Position numbers and translations under genes: made by a program. Source: an uncultured Chloroflexia bacterium (GTDB lineage: Bacteria > Chloroflexota > Limnocylindria > Limnocylindrales > CSP1-4). From it: 64,000 bases of DNA. Location: NCBI GenBank assembly GCA_963833225.1, contig CAWHXD010000008.1:896001-960000 (forward strand), given 5' to 3'. This document shows, in pieces, positions 34,548-44,038 of this stretch (position 1 is the stretch's first letter; the number at the start of each line of letters is the position of its first letter). The notes beneath the pieces were generated by a model. The model was not told where the DNA came from, did not search any database, and worked only from the letters and a program-made list of their open reading frames with translations.

Positions 34548-35318
34548 TCAGATCGAGTCGGCGAGCCCCAGTGTCAGGCCGCCGTCGACGTCGATGACGG
34601 CCCCCGTGACCCAGCGCCCGCCGTCGCCGGCGAGCCAGGCGACGGCCTCGGCGATGTCGCTCCCCTGGCCCACCGAGGACAGGGCCTGCCGGCCGAAGTG
34701 GAGTCCGGTCGCGAACCGGGCGCGCTCCTCGTCCTCCGACGTGCCGCGCAGCTCCGACGGGATGATCCCGGGGCGGATGCAGTTGACCCGGATCCCGTCG
34801 CGCCCCAGGTCCGCGGCGAGCGCGCGGGTCATCGCCTCGACGGCGGCCTTGCTCGCGACGTAGCCGAACCGGCCGTGCGGCGGGCGGCCGACGACGGTGG
34901 ACCCGAGGTTGACGACCGCGCCCCGGCTGCGCCGCAGCTCGCCGAGCGCGGCGCGCGTGACCAGGAACACGCTGACCACGTTCGAGCGGAGCATGCCCTC
35001 GAGATCGGCCAGGGCGAGCGCGTCCAGGCCACCCTGGACCTCGGCGCCCGCGTTGTTGACCAGGACGTCGATCCCGCCGAGCTCCGCCACGGCGGTCGCG
35101 ACCAGCCGCTCCACGTCCGGCTCGGAGGTGACGTCGGCGACGCACGGGACGACCCGGCCCGGAGCGTCCACCAGCTCCGCGGCGAGCGCCTCCAACCGCT
35201 CGCGCCGGCGGCCGGCGGCCACGACCTGGGCACCACGACCGACGAGCAGGCGCACCGTGTGCGCCCCCAGCCCGGCGGACGCCCCGGTGACCAGGATCCG
35301 GCGACCATCCACGTTCAT
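34548..35318 (-). CDS. Short-chain dehydrogenase/reductase
   Basis: TGASAGLG, NNAG, YVASK, RVNCIRPG. Confidence 0.92.
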   Translation of the reverse strand: MNVDGRRILVTGASAGLGAHTVRLLVGRGAQVVAAGRRRERLEALAAELVDAPGRVVPCVADVTSEPDVERLVATAVAELGGIDVLVNNAGAEVQGGLDALALADLEGMLRSNVVSVFLVTRAALGELRRSRGAVVNLGSTVVGRPPHGRFGYVASKAAVEAMTRALAADLGRDGIRVNCIRPGIIPSELRGTSEDEERARFATGLHFGRQALSSVGQGSDIAEAVAWLAGDGGRWVTGAVIDVDGGLTLGLADSI

Positions 35319-35339
35319 GCGATCGCTCCTTCCGCCCGC

Positions 35340-37475
35340 TCAGGCACGACCCGCCGCAACCTCGTCGGCGCGCGTGCGCCCGGCCAGCAGGATCAGGTCT
35401 TCGTGGAGCTCGAACCACACCCCGTGGTAGCTGTCCACCCGCGGTGACGCGATGAACTTGCCGTCGCCGGCAGCTGCGGCCGCTGCAGCGGCCGAGAGTC
35501 GCTCCCCGTACCGTCCGAGCCGCGGCAGGCCGGCGACGAGCGGCCCCAGCCAGGCCTCGACATCGGCGTGGAGCTCGCCCAGTCGGGCCAGTACCGCCGC
35601 GTCATAGTCGGCATCGGCGTGGTCGTTGAGCGTGTCGGGATCCTTCATCTGCCAGGCGGTGACGATCTCCTTCATCCGCCGATCGAGCGCGACGAAGGCG
35701 TCCAGCGCGGCCGTCGCGACCTCGCCACCCCACGCCGCCGCGTCGGCCGTGATCAGGGCCATCGCCGCGGCCTTGCCGTCCGCGGTGAGGCGGAACGAGC
35801 CCGCACCGGGCTCGGCCCGGCCGGCCTCGACGAGGTCGTCGACCAGGGAGCTGGCCGCCTCGGGGCCACAGCCAAGAGCCGTTCCCAGCCCGGCCGGCAG
35901 GCAGTAGCCCTTGATCAGCAGGACCCGCAGAGCGTCGTCAGGCCCGGCGACCGCCGGTTCGCGGCTCCCTGCCTCGCCGGCGACGGCGATGGGGTTGCCG
36001 TCCTCGCTCACCCCGGGGATCGCGATCCCGAGCTCCCGGGCCCAGCCGAGGAGCGTCTTCGCCTCGGGGACGACGGCCTCGACACCCGACCTGACGCCCT
36101 CGAAGATCTCGCCGCTCGAGCCGTCGATGGTGATCACGGATCCCGCGGCCAGGGGGTGTCCGCCGATCACGACCCCACCCTCCCCGATCACGACGTCCGA
36201 GGCGCCGACCACCGCTGGGATCCCCCAGCCCCGGGCGACCACGGCGGCGTGGCTCGCGAATCCGCCGCTGGAGGTCAGGACCCCGCAGCTCCGCTGCATC
36301 CCGTGGACATCGTCGGGCGAGGTCTCGGCGCGGACCAGGATCACGTCCCGGCCCGAGTCGGCGCCCGCCACCGCGTCCTCGGGCGTGAGACGGATCTCGC
36401 CCGACACCAGCCCCGGTGATGCCCCGAGGCCCCGGGCAAGCGCGGTCCCCCCGTCGTTGCTCTCGACGACGGCCTTGGGAGGTTCGGCCAGGTGGGCGAG
36501 GACGCGCCGGACGGCCTCATCGCGGCTGAGCGGGAAGTCCGCGGCCTCGGCCATCTCGGCCGCCATCCGGACCGCAGCCTGTGGCGTCCGCTTGCCGACC
36601 CGGACCTGGAGCAGCCAGAGGCGGCCCTGCTCGATGGTGAACTCGATGTCGCAGCAGTCGCGGTAGTGACGTTCCAGCACGTCCGCGTAGCGGCGCAGCT
36701 CGGCGGCCACGGCCGGCATCCGGTCATCGAGGCATGACACGGGCTCCGTCGCGTGCGTGCCGGCGACCACGTCCTCCCCCTGGGCGTCGAACAGGACGTC
36801 ACCGTAGAGCGCGTGCTCGCCGGTCGCGGGGTTGCGGGTGAACAGGACGCCCGTTCCCGAGTCGGGGCCGCGGTTGCCGAACACCATCGCCTGGACCGTG
36901 ACACCCGTGCCAAGGTCGCCGCTGATGCCCTCCACCTCGCGGTAGGCGCGGGCGCGGTCACTGTTCCACGACTTGAACACGGCCTCCACCGCCCCGCGGA
37001 GCTGCGCCCATGGGTCGGCCGGGACGACCTCCACGCCGACGATGTCCCGGTAGATGGCCACGAACCGCTCGTGGCAGTTGCGCGCAAAGGCCGGATCGCC
37101 CGAGACGGCCCTGAGCCCGGCCTCGGTCGCCGGGTTGAGGCCGAGGTTGAGGATCGTGTCCATCATCCCGGGCATGGACCGGGGAGCGCCGCTCCGCACC
37201 GACACCAGGAGCGGATCGGCGGGATCGCCGAACCGCCGGCCGACGGCGGCCTCCAGGCGCGCCATCGCCGCCCGCACCTCGTCGTCGAGACCGTCCGGCC
37301 AGCCCGACGCGAGATAGGCCTTGCAGGCCTCGGTCGTGATCGTGAACGCGGGCGGCACCGGCAGTCCCAGGTCCACGGCCATCGTCGCGATGTTGGCGGC
37401 CTTGCCGCCGAGGAGCAGCGTGATCGCTGCCGGGTCGAGGTCGTGGCGATGGTCGAAGGCGTAGACGTAGGGCAC
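35340..37475 (-). CDS. Pyruvate-phosphate-dikinase-like protein: ATP-grasp and phospho-His domains, no pyruvate-binding barrel, extra C-terminal domain
   Basis: LGGKAANI, SVRSGAPRSMPGMMDTILNLG, VQAMVFGN, GEDVVAG, DIEFTIE, ETSPDD, SHAAVVARGWG; ends DSYHGVWFELHEDL. Confidence 0.88.
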   Translation of the reverse strand: MPYVYAFDHRHDLDPAAITLLLGGKAANIATMAVDLGLPVPPAFTITTEACKAYLASGWPDGLDDEVRAAMARLEAAVGRRFGDPADPLLVSVRSGAPRSMPGMMDTILNLGLNPATEAGLRAVSGDPAFARNCHERFVAIYRDIVGVEVVPADPWAQLRGAVEAVFKSWNSDRARAYREVEGISGDLGTGVTVQAMVFGNRGPDSGTGVLFTRNPATGEHALYGDVLFDAQGEDVVAGTHATEPVSCLDDRMPAVAAELRRYADVLERHYRDCCDIEFTIEQGRLWLLQVRVGKRTPQAAVRMAAEMAEAADFPLSRDEAVRRVLAHLAEPPKAVVESNDGGTALARGLGASPGLVSGEIRLTPEDAVAGADSGRDVILVRAETSPDDVHGMQRSCGVLTSSGGFASHAAVVARGWGIPAVVGASDVVIGEGGVVIGGHPLAAGSVITIDGSSGEIFEGVRSGVEAVVPEAKTLLGWARELGIAIPGVSEDGNPIAVAGEAGSREPAVAGPDDALRVLLIKGYCLPAGLGTALGCGPEAASSLVDDLVEAGRAEPGAGSFRLTADGKAAAMALITADAAAWGGEVATAALDAFVALDRRMKEIVTAWQMKDPDTLNDHADADYDAAVLARLGELHADVEAWLGPLVAGLPRLGRYGERLSAAAAAAAAGDGKFIASPRVDSYHGVWFELHEDLILLAGRTRADEVAAGRA

Positions 37476-37515
37476 GGGACCGGGGATCTCCTGGATCGAT
37501 GGCTGGGTCGGCCCG

Positions 37516-38583
37516 TCAGGGCTCGACGATGATCTTGATCGCCCCGCTCGCGGGATCGTTGAACGTGGCCAGCGCGGCCGGGTACTCCGAGAGCGGGAAG
37601 TGATGCGTGGTGACGTCGTCGACGCGGATCCGGCCCTGCTCCACGAGCGGCATGACGCGCCGCATCTCGCCCGCGGTCGCGCGACAGCCCACGAGCTCCA
37701 GCTCGTCGAGCACCAGCCGCTGCATGGCGATCTCCACCCCCTGGGTCGGGATCCCGACAGCCGCACACCGGCCACCGCGCCGGAGCATCCCGAGCGCCAT
37801 CGCCACGGTTGCCGGGACGCCGGCGCACTCGAGGACGACGTCCACGCCCAGGCCGCCGGTCATCTCGCGGACCCGCGCGACCGGATCGCCGTCGGCGACG
37901 TCGACCGCCTCGAAGCCCATCGCGCGCGCCTTGGCGATCCGCGAGGGGTTGGTCTCCACGAGGATCACCCGGCTGGCCCCGCGGACCAGGGCCGCGTCGC
38001 CGCCCAGCAGACCGATCGCCCCGGCACCGGTGATGGCCACGGTGTCGCCCGGGGTGATGTTGCCGCGGTTGGCGACGTGGAGGGCGATCGAGGCCGGGTC
38101 GATGACGGCGCCCTGGGCGAAGGAGAGCCCCTCGGGCAGCGGGAAGACGCACTTGACCCCGTGCACCGCGTACGTCGCATCCACGCCCTGGACGCTGTGG
38201 CCGTACTGCTTGTGGAGCCCCTCCTTGCCGTAGTTGTCGCACAGGTTGTAGCGGCCCTCGACACACATCTGGCACACGCCGCAGGCGTCATGGCTGGTGC
38301 CGGCGACCCGGTCGCCCACCTGCCAGCCGAAGCGCTCGGCCCCGGGGCCCAGGGCCGCGATCTCGCCCGCCCACTCGTGCCCCGGGATGAACGGGAACGC
38401 GGGCGGCCAGAAGCCCGGGTAGTCGCCCCGGATCAGGTGGGCGTCGGTGCCGCAGATCGAGACGGCCCGCACGCGCGCGAGGACCTCGTTGGGTCCCGGC
38501 ACCGGGACCGGCACCTCCTGGATCTCGAGCACGCTGGGCTCGAGGACGACGAGGGCCTCCATGGTCGCGGGCAGGGCGGGCAT
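37516..38583 (-). CDS. Zn-dependent alcohol/polyol dehydrogenase (paralog B)
   Basis: ICGTD, GHEWAG, four-Cys structural Zn site, GAGAIG. Confidence 0.92.
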   Translation of the reverse strand: MPALPATMEALVVLEPSVLEIQEVPVPVPGPNEVLARVRAVSICGTDAHLIRGDYPGFWPPAFPFIPGHEWAGEIAALGPGAERFGWQVGDRVAGTSHDACGVCQMCVEGRYNLCDNYGKEGLHKQYGHSVQGVDATYAVHGVKCVFPLPEGLSFAQGAVIDPASIALHVANRGNITPGDTVAITGAGAIGLLGGDAALVRGASRVILVETNPSRIAKARAMGFEAVDVADGDPVARVREMTGGLGVDVVLECAGVPATVAMALGMLRRGGRCAAVGIPTQGVEIAMQRLVLDELELVGCRATAGEMRRVMPLVEQGRIRVDDVTTHHFPLSEYPAALATFNDPASGAIKIIVEP

Positions 38584-38611
38584 CGGTTCTCCTGGGCGGG
38601 ACGCCAGCGGG

Positions 38612-39502
38612 CTAGACGATTGCGACGGGGTCGACCATGGACCCTGTTGCGCCGCGGATCTTGACGGGGAGCGCCACGAACAGGAACTCGTAGATCCGGT
38701 CGCGGGCGAGCTCCTCGAGGTCGAGGCTTTCCATGATGTAGACGCCCTTCTCGATCAGCAGCGCCGTGTGAACGGGCTGGGGGTTCCCCTCTGGCCCCGG
38801 GTCGGGAGCCGGCTGCACCTCGAACGTCTCCGTGTCGGAGCCGGCCGCGATCACGCCGCGCTCCAGCATCCAGCGCGCGGCGGACACATCGGGCCCGGCG
38901 GTCTTGTGCTCGGCCATCCGCTCGGCATCGGGCCACAGGCCCATGTACCCGGTCCGGATGACCACGACATCCCACGGCTGGACCGTCACTCCCTCGGCCG
39001 CGCAGATCGCGTCCATCTCGGCCGCGTCGATCGGCGAGCCCTTGGGCAGGCAGTCAACGCCGCGGTACGTCGGGGCGTCGATGAGGATGCCGCGGGTGAA
39101 GAACGGGGGCATCTTGGAGGCATCGCCGTGCACGGGTCCAAAATCCGTGAGGTGCTCATCGGCGTTGCCGCCGCCATACCAGTGCATGTCGTCCGAGACC
39201 GTCATGTGCGCCAGGGCGTCCATGTGCGCCCCGGAATGGCTGGTGGCCATCACGTACTCGGCCATGTACCCGAGGCCCGCGTCGTTGACCGGACCCCAGG
39301 GCTGGGCGCCGGTCACCCGGATCCCGCGCGGCGTCCGGTAGTTGAGAACCTGGAACGGCGGGTGGCCGGGGAACAGCGGCATGCCCGGGAACCGCACCGC
39401 GCCGAGCGACACCATGCGCCCCTCGCGGACCAGCCGGGCCGCCTTCACCACCTGCTCGGCCGGCATGTCGCCGACCGGCCCGATCTCGGTGCCGAACCTC
39501 AT
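38612..39502 (-). CDS. Cyclase family (kynurenine formamidase-like) metal hydrolase
   Basis: HSGAHMDA, RGILID, IRTG, VHTALL, IMESLDL, GATGS. Confidence 0.88.
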   Translation of the reverse strand: MRFGTEIGPVGDMPAEQVVKAARLVREGRMVSLGAVRFPGMPLFPGHPPFQVLNYRTPRGIRVTGAQPWGPVNDAGLGYMAEYVMATSHSGAHMDALAHMTVSDDMHWYGGGNADEHLTDFGPVHGDASKMPPFFTRGILIDAPTYRGVDCLPKGSPIDAAEMDAICAAEGVTVQPWDVVVIRTGYMGLWPDAERMAEHKTAGPDVSAARWMLERGVIAAGSDTETFEVQPAPDPGPEGNPQPVHTALLIEKGVYIMESLDLEELARDRIYEFLFVALPVKIRGATGSMVDPVAIV

Positions 39503-41784
39503 GCGCCTGCCTCCCCTTCCCCGGTCTCCGCGGCCGGGGTGTTGATGGCCCGCCACACGCGCTCCGGCGTGAGCGGGAGGTCCCGGATCGGGACGCCGAT
39601 GACCTCGCGCACGGCGGCCGCAACGGCGGGCGCCACGCACAGCAACGCGCCTTCGCTCATTCCCTTGGCACCGTACGGCCCGGGTCCGTCGGCGTTCTCC
39701 ACCATCTCGCTGCGCAGCTCGCGCGGCAGGTCCATGCTGGTCGGGATCCGGTAGTCGATGGCGCCGAGGTTCCGGATCCGGCCCCGGTCGTCAAAGATGT
39801 AGTGCTCCATGAGCGTGTGCCCGAGGCCCATGATGGCCGCGCCCTCGTCCTGCATCCGGACCTGCAGCGGGTTGAGCGCCTTGCCGACGTCGCTGACCGT
39901 GACGTGGCGGTCGATCGTGACGTCGCCGGTCTCGCGGTCAACCTCGGCCTCGATGACCGTGCAGTTGAACTCGAAGAACGCGGCCGACCCGGACAGGGGG
40001 TGACCCGGCTCCGCGTTCTTGCGGGCCTCGCCCAGGCCGGTGAGCTCGCCACCCAGCTTGCCCAGACCGGTCTTGAGCACCTCGCGCGGGGCCAGCTCGG
40101 TGCCGTCCGGGAGCCGGACGACGCCCGCGTCAACCGTGACCCCGGCCGGGTCCACGCCGTGGACCGTCGCGGCCATCGCCTGCAGCTTGCCCTGGATATC
40201 CCGGCACGCGGCGAGGACCGAGTTGCCCATCAGGACCGTCGAGCGCGACGCCGACGTCTGCTGGTCGTAGGGCACGATCGCCGTGTCCCCCATCACCACG
40301 GTCACCCAGTCGAGCGGGGCGCCCAGCTCCTGGGCCGCGATCTGCGCGAACACGGTCCGCGCACCCTGGCCCATGTCGGAGGTGCCGGCATAGACGACCA
40401 CGGAGCCGTCCACGAGCAGGCGCACGATGGAGTACGAGAGGCCGGTGGTCGGACCGGACTTGATGCCCAGCGCAATCCCGCGCCCCCGGCCGGCGGGCAG
40501 GGGTGTCCCCCACCCGGCTCGTTCCGCGGCGAGGCGCACGGTCTGCTCCCAGTCGCCGTCGCACGGGGTGTCGAAGGGGATGAACCGGTCACCCTTGCGG
40601 GCCAGGTTCCGGAGGCGGATCTCCAGCCGGTCCAGGCCCAGTGCCTGGGCGCCCTCGTCGAGGGTGGACTCCACCGCCCAGTTGATCTGGGGGTTCCCAA
40701 ACCCGCGGAACGCGGTTGACGGGAGGGTGTGCGACAGCACGCTGCGAGCGGCGATCCGCACCGCCGGCACGTTGTACGGCCCTGCCGCCGGATAGGACCC
40801 CTTGCCCACGACGCGGTCGGCGATGTCGGTGTACGCGCCGATCAGGTAGTCGGCCTCGATGTCCTGGAACAGGATGTGCCCGTCGCGGTCGAAGCCGGTG
40901 CGGACCCGCGACTCGCAGGCCGCGCGTCGGGCCGCCTGGAACGACTCCTCGAGGGTCAGGACCAGGCGCACCGGGCGGCCCAGCCGGAGCGCGGCAAAGA
41001 CCACCGCCGGCTCGTACTTCGCGTGCTGCTTGCCGCCAAAGCCGCCGCCCGGGTCGGGCGCGATGACGCGGACCTTCGAGAGGGGCATGTCCACGAGGCC
41101 CGCGATCAGCTTCTGGAGCCAGTTGGGGTGCTGGATCGTGCTCCACACCCTGAGGCCATCGCCGTCGGGCGCCGCCATGAACGCGTGCGGCTCGATCGCG
41201 AACTGGGTCACGATGGGGAAGCTGTACCGGCCCTCCACGATCACGTGCGCCCGGGCTGCCTCGGCCTCGATGTCGCCCCAGCCCACGCGGTGCTCATTGA
41301 GCACGTTGGTGCCGGCGCGAGGGTCGCCCGGTCGCAGCGATGGATCCTGGACCAGCGGTGCGTCTGGCGCGAGGGCCCCGGCGACCGTGAACACCGCCGG
41401 CAGCTCCTCGTGGTCGACCCGTACCGCGGCGGCCGCGGCTTCCGCGAGGTCCCGGGTGTCCGCCACCACGATCGCCACCGGGTCGCCGTGGAACTTGGTC
41501 TCGCCGCTGGCCAGCACGGGCCGGTCGGCGTTCTGGGGCCCGAACCGCGGCACCGGCTGCGGCAGGTCGTCAGCGGTCATCACCAGGTGCACGCCCGGCA
41601 TGGCAAGCGCCGCGCTCGCGTCCACCGCGTCGATCCGCGCCCGGGCACAGTCCACGGTGACGAACTTCGCGTGCAGCACGCCGGAGACATCGAGGTCGGC
41701 GAGGTAGGCCTGGGTGCCGGTCACCCGGCCGATGCCGCCCACCCGGTTCGGGGAGCCGCCGATGCGGCTGTCGAGCGTGGTCAC
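39499..41784 (-). CDS. Xanthine-dehydrogenase-family molybdopterin-binding large subunit
   Basis: GGGFGGK, AFRGFG, DMGQG, SASRST, GAKGMSEG. Confidence 0.92.
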   Translation of the reverse strand: MTTLDSRIGGSPNRVGGIGRVTGTQAYLADLDVSGVLHAKFVTVDCARARIDAVDASAALAMPGVHLVMTADDLPQPVPRFGPQNADRPVLASGETKFHGDPVAIVVADTRDLAEAAAAAVRVDHEELPAVFTVAGALAPDAPLVQDPSLRPGDPRAGTNVLNEHRVGWGDIEAEAARAHVIVEGRYSFPIVTQFAIEPHAFMAAPDGDGLRVWSTIQHPNWLQKLIAGLVDMPLSKVRVIAPDPGGGFGGKQHAKYEPAVVFAALRLGRPVRLVLTLEESFQAARRAACESRVRTGFDRDGHILFQDIEADYLIGAYTDIADRVVGKGSYPAAGPYNVPAVRIAARSVLSHTLPSTAFRGFGNPQINWAVESTLDEGAQALGLDRLEIRLRNLARKGDRFIPFDTPCDGDWEQTVRLAAERAGWGTPLPAGRGRGIALGIKSGPTTGLSYSIVRLLVDGSVVVYAGTSDMGQGARTVFAQIAAQELGAPLDWVTVVMGDTAIVPYDQQTSASRSTVLMGNSVLAACRDIQGKLQAMAATVHGVDPAGVTVDAGVVRLPDGTELAPREVLKTGLGKLGGELTGLGEARKNAEPGHPLSGSAAFFEFNCTVIEAEVDRETGDVTIDRHVTVSDVGKALNPLQVRMQDEGAAIMGLGHTLMEHYIFDDRGRIRNLGAIDYRIPTSMDLPRELRSEMVENADGPGPYGAKGMSEGALLCVAPAVAAAVREVIGVPIRDLPLTPERVWRAINTPAAETGEGEAGA

Positions 41785-42258
41785 TGGTCCATGCCCTCCG
41801 CCACCGCCTCGATCGCTTCGAAGATCTGCTCGTAGCAGGCACACCGGCACAGGTTGCCGGCCATGCCCTCCTCGATCTCGTCCTGGGTCGGGTGGGGGTG
41901 CGCGTCGAGCAGCGCGTGAGCCGAAATCAGCTGGCCGGGGATGCAGAAGCCGCACTGCACGGCACCCTTGTCGAGGAATGCCTGCTGGATGGGCGCGAGC
42001 CGGCCGTCCTGGGCGGCGAGGCCCTCGACGGTGAGGATGTCGGCGCCGTCAGCCTCGACGGCAAGCACGAGGCACGAGTCCACGGACCGCCCGTCGACGA
42101 TCACGGTGCACGCCCCGCACTCGCCGACCAGGCAGCACTCCTTGGTCCCGGTCAGGGCAAGCTCGTCGCGCAGGACCTCGAGCAGCGTGTGGTGCGGGGC
42201 GATGTCGAGGACGCGTCGGCGCGCCGTTGACCGTGACCTGGATCTGGATGGTGTCCAT
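41781..42258 (-). CDS. Molybdenum hydroxylase 2Fe-2S small subunit; frameshift near 42215
   Basis: TKECCLVGECGACTV, QCGFCIPG, NLCRC. Confidence 0.9.
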
Positions 42259-42264
42259 GCTGTC

Positions 42265-43128
42265 CTACGCTCCCGCCGCCAGGCGCTCGATGGCGGTGCT
42301 GAGGGCACGCCGGCCAAGGACACGCAGCATGGCCAGCCGGTAGTCCGGCGAGGCCCGCATGGACCGAACGGACGGGCTGGCATCCGCGAAGATCGACTCG
42401 AAGACCGCGGCCTTCGCTTCCTGGGAGGCTGCCGGGTCGCCGAGAACGCCGGTGGTGTCGACCTTCACCAGCGGGCGAGGCCCAACGCTGCCGTAGGCGA
42501 CCCGGGTCACCCCGCCCCGGTCGACGCCGCAGGCGAGGGTCACCGACGCGAGGTCATGACCCCGCCGGCGGGTCCGCCGCTGGTGGGCGCTGGCGACCCG
42601 ATCGGCGGGCAACGGCAGCTCGACCGCGGTGACCAGCTCCCCGGGACCCAGCGTGGTGACCCCTGAGCGGACGAACAGGTCGTCGACGGCGATCCGGCGG
42701 ATCCCATCCGGCCCGGCGACGACGACCGCGGCACCGTGCACGAGCAGCGCCGGGGCCGTGTCGGCCGCGGGCGACGCGTTGCACAGGTTGCCGGCGAGCG
42801 TGGCCCGGTTGCGGATCTGGACGGAGCCCACCACGGCGGCCGCCTCGGCGAGGGCCATCGCGTGCCGTCGGACACCGGGATGGGCGGCGATGTCGCTCAT
42901 CACGGTGGTGGCCCCGATCACGAGGACACCGGCGGCCTCGTGGATCCCCGGCGCCAGCTCGGCGATGCGCTTGACGTCCACCACCAGGGACGGGGTCATG
43001 GAGCCATCACGGAGCCGGATGATCAGGTCGGTGCCGCCGGCAAGGACCCGGGCGTCGGGACCACGCTCGGCGAGGAGCGCGACGGCCTCGGCCAGCGTGG
43101 CGGGCCGCGCGTAGGTGAATGGCTGCAT
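42265..43128 (-). CDS. Molybdenum hydroxylase FAD-binding medium subunit
   Basis: LAGGTDL, QIRNRATLAGNLCNASPAAD. Confidence 0.92.
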   Translation of the reverse strand: MQPFTYARPATLAEAVALLAERGPDARVLAGGTDLIIRLRDGSMTPSLVVDVKRIAELAPGIHEAAGVLVIGATTVMSDIAAHPGVRRHAMALAEAAAVVGSVQIRNRATLAGNLCNASPAADTAPALLVHGAAVVVAGPDGIRRIAVDDLFVRSGVTTLGPGELVTAVELPLPADRVASAHQRRTRRRGHDLASVTLACGVDRGGVTRVAYGSVGPRPLVKVDTTGVLGDPAASQEAKAAVFESIFADASPSVRSMRASPDYRLAMLRVLGRRALSTAIERLAAGA

Positions 43129-43149
43129 GGTGTCCGGCCCCGATCGCGG

Positions 43150-44038
43150 CTACAGGAGCTTGTCGACCTCGTCCAGGAGCACCTGGGGGGTCGCTGCGCG
43201 GATGAAGTAGAACGGCCGCTCGCAGAAGCTGGCCACGAACCCGGCGCGCCGCTGCCTGAGCGTGTCGTTGTCGAGCATCGGGATCACGTGCCCGGGCGCC
43301 AGCAGCTCGTTGGTCAGGAAGTAGTTCTGCAGCGAGTGCAGGAACTGGAACTGGCGCCTCGAACGGGATGAGCTGGTTGGTCGCCGGGTCAAAGTTGCCG
43401 TCGATGGCCGGCACGATGACGAGATCGATGTTCGGCGTGCCCTCGTACATGGCCCAGGCCGGCATCTCGCCCCAGAACTTCTCCACGCCCTTGTTGGGCG
43501 CGGCCTTGTCGGAGCGCTCGGTGCCCTCGGTCCGCTTGACCAGGAACGTGTCCACGGAGCCCATCACGGCCCGGCCGTCTTCGCTGATGACCGTCGTCTC
43601 GGAGGCGACCTGGAGGGCGCCCCGGACGCCGGCCTCGATGAGGCCCATGCTCTTGCCGTGGTTGGATTCCCCGCCCAGGAACAGGAGCGTCCTGCCCCGG
43701 TAGTTGACGGCGGCGCTGTGCGACGGGTGGAGCCCCACGCCCTCCATCCGCAGCGCGAGCACGGCCACGATCACCTTCTGGATCGGTCCGGCCGGCCAGT
43801 CGCCGGTGAAGGTGACGGCACGGCCGTCATAGGTGATCGACTTCGCGCCGTCCTGGTTCCAGATGATGTCGGGATCGGCCAGCGTGACCGATGGGGAGAT
43901 CCGGACGTCGGCGAGGCGGTAGTTGAGGAACGTCAGGTCATCGAGCACGTGCTCGCGCGGGGCGCCGCCGTACACGTCCACCCGCAGGCGCGCATCACCC
44001 GCGGAGAACTCCTCGGTCAACTGCAGCTGGTCGTTCAT
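43150..44038 (-). CDS. HPr-kinase-like P-loop protein; frameshift near 43355
   Basis: HSAAVNYRGRTLLFLGGESNHGKS resembles the HprK-like H...GxxxxGKS core. Confidence 0.6.

Noticed and set aside
39499-43128. Aerobic CO dehydrogenase (coxMSL)
   Set aside because: Large subunit has AFRGFG, not the form I AYxCSFR motif; it is a generic Mo-hydroxylase.
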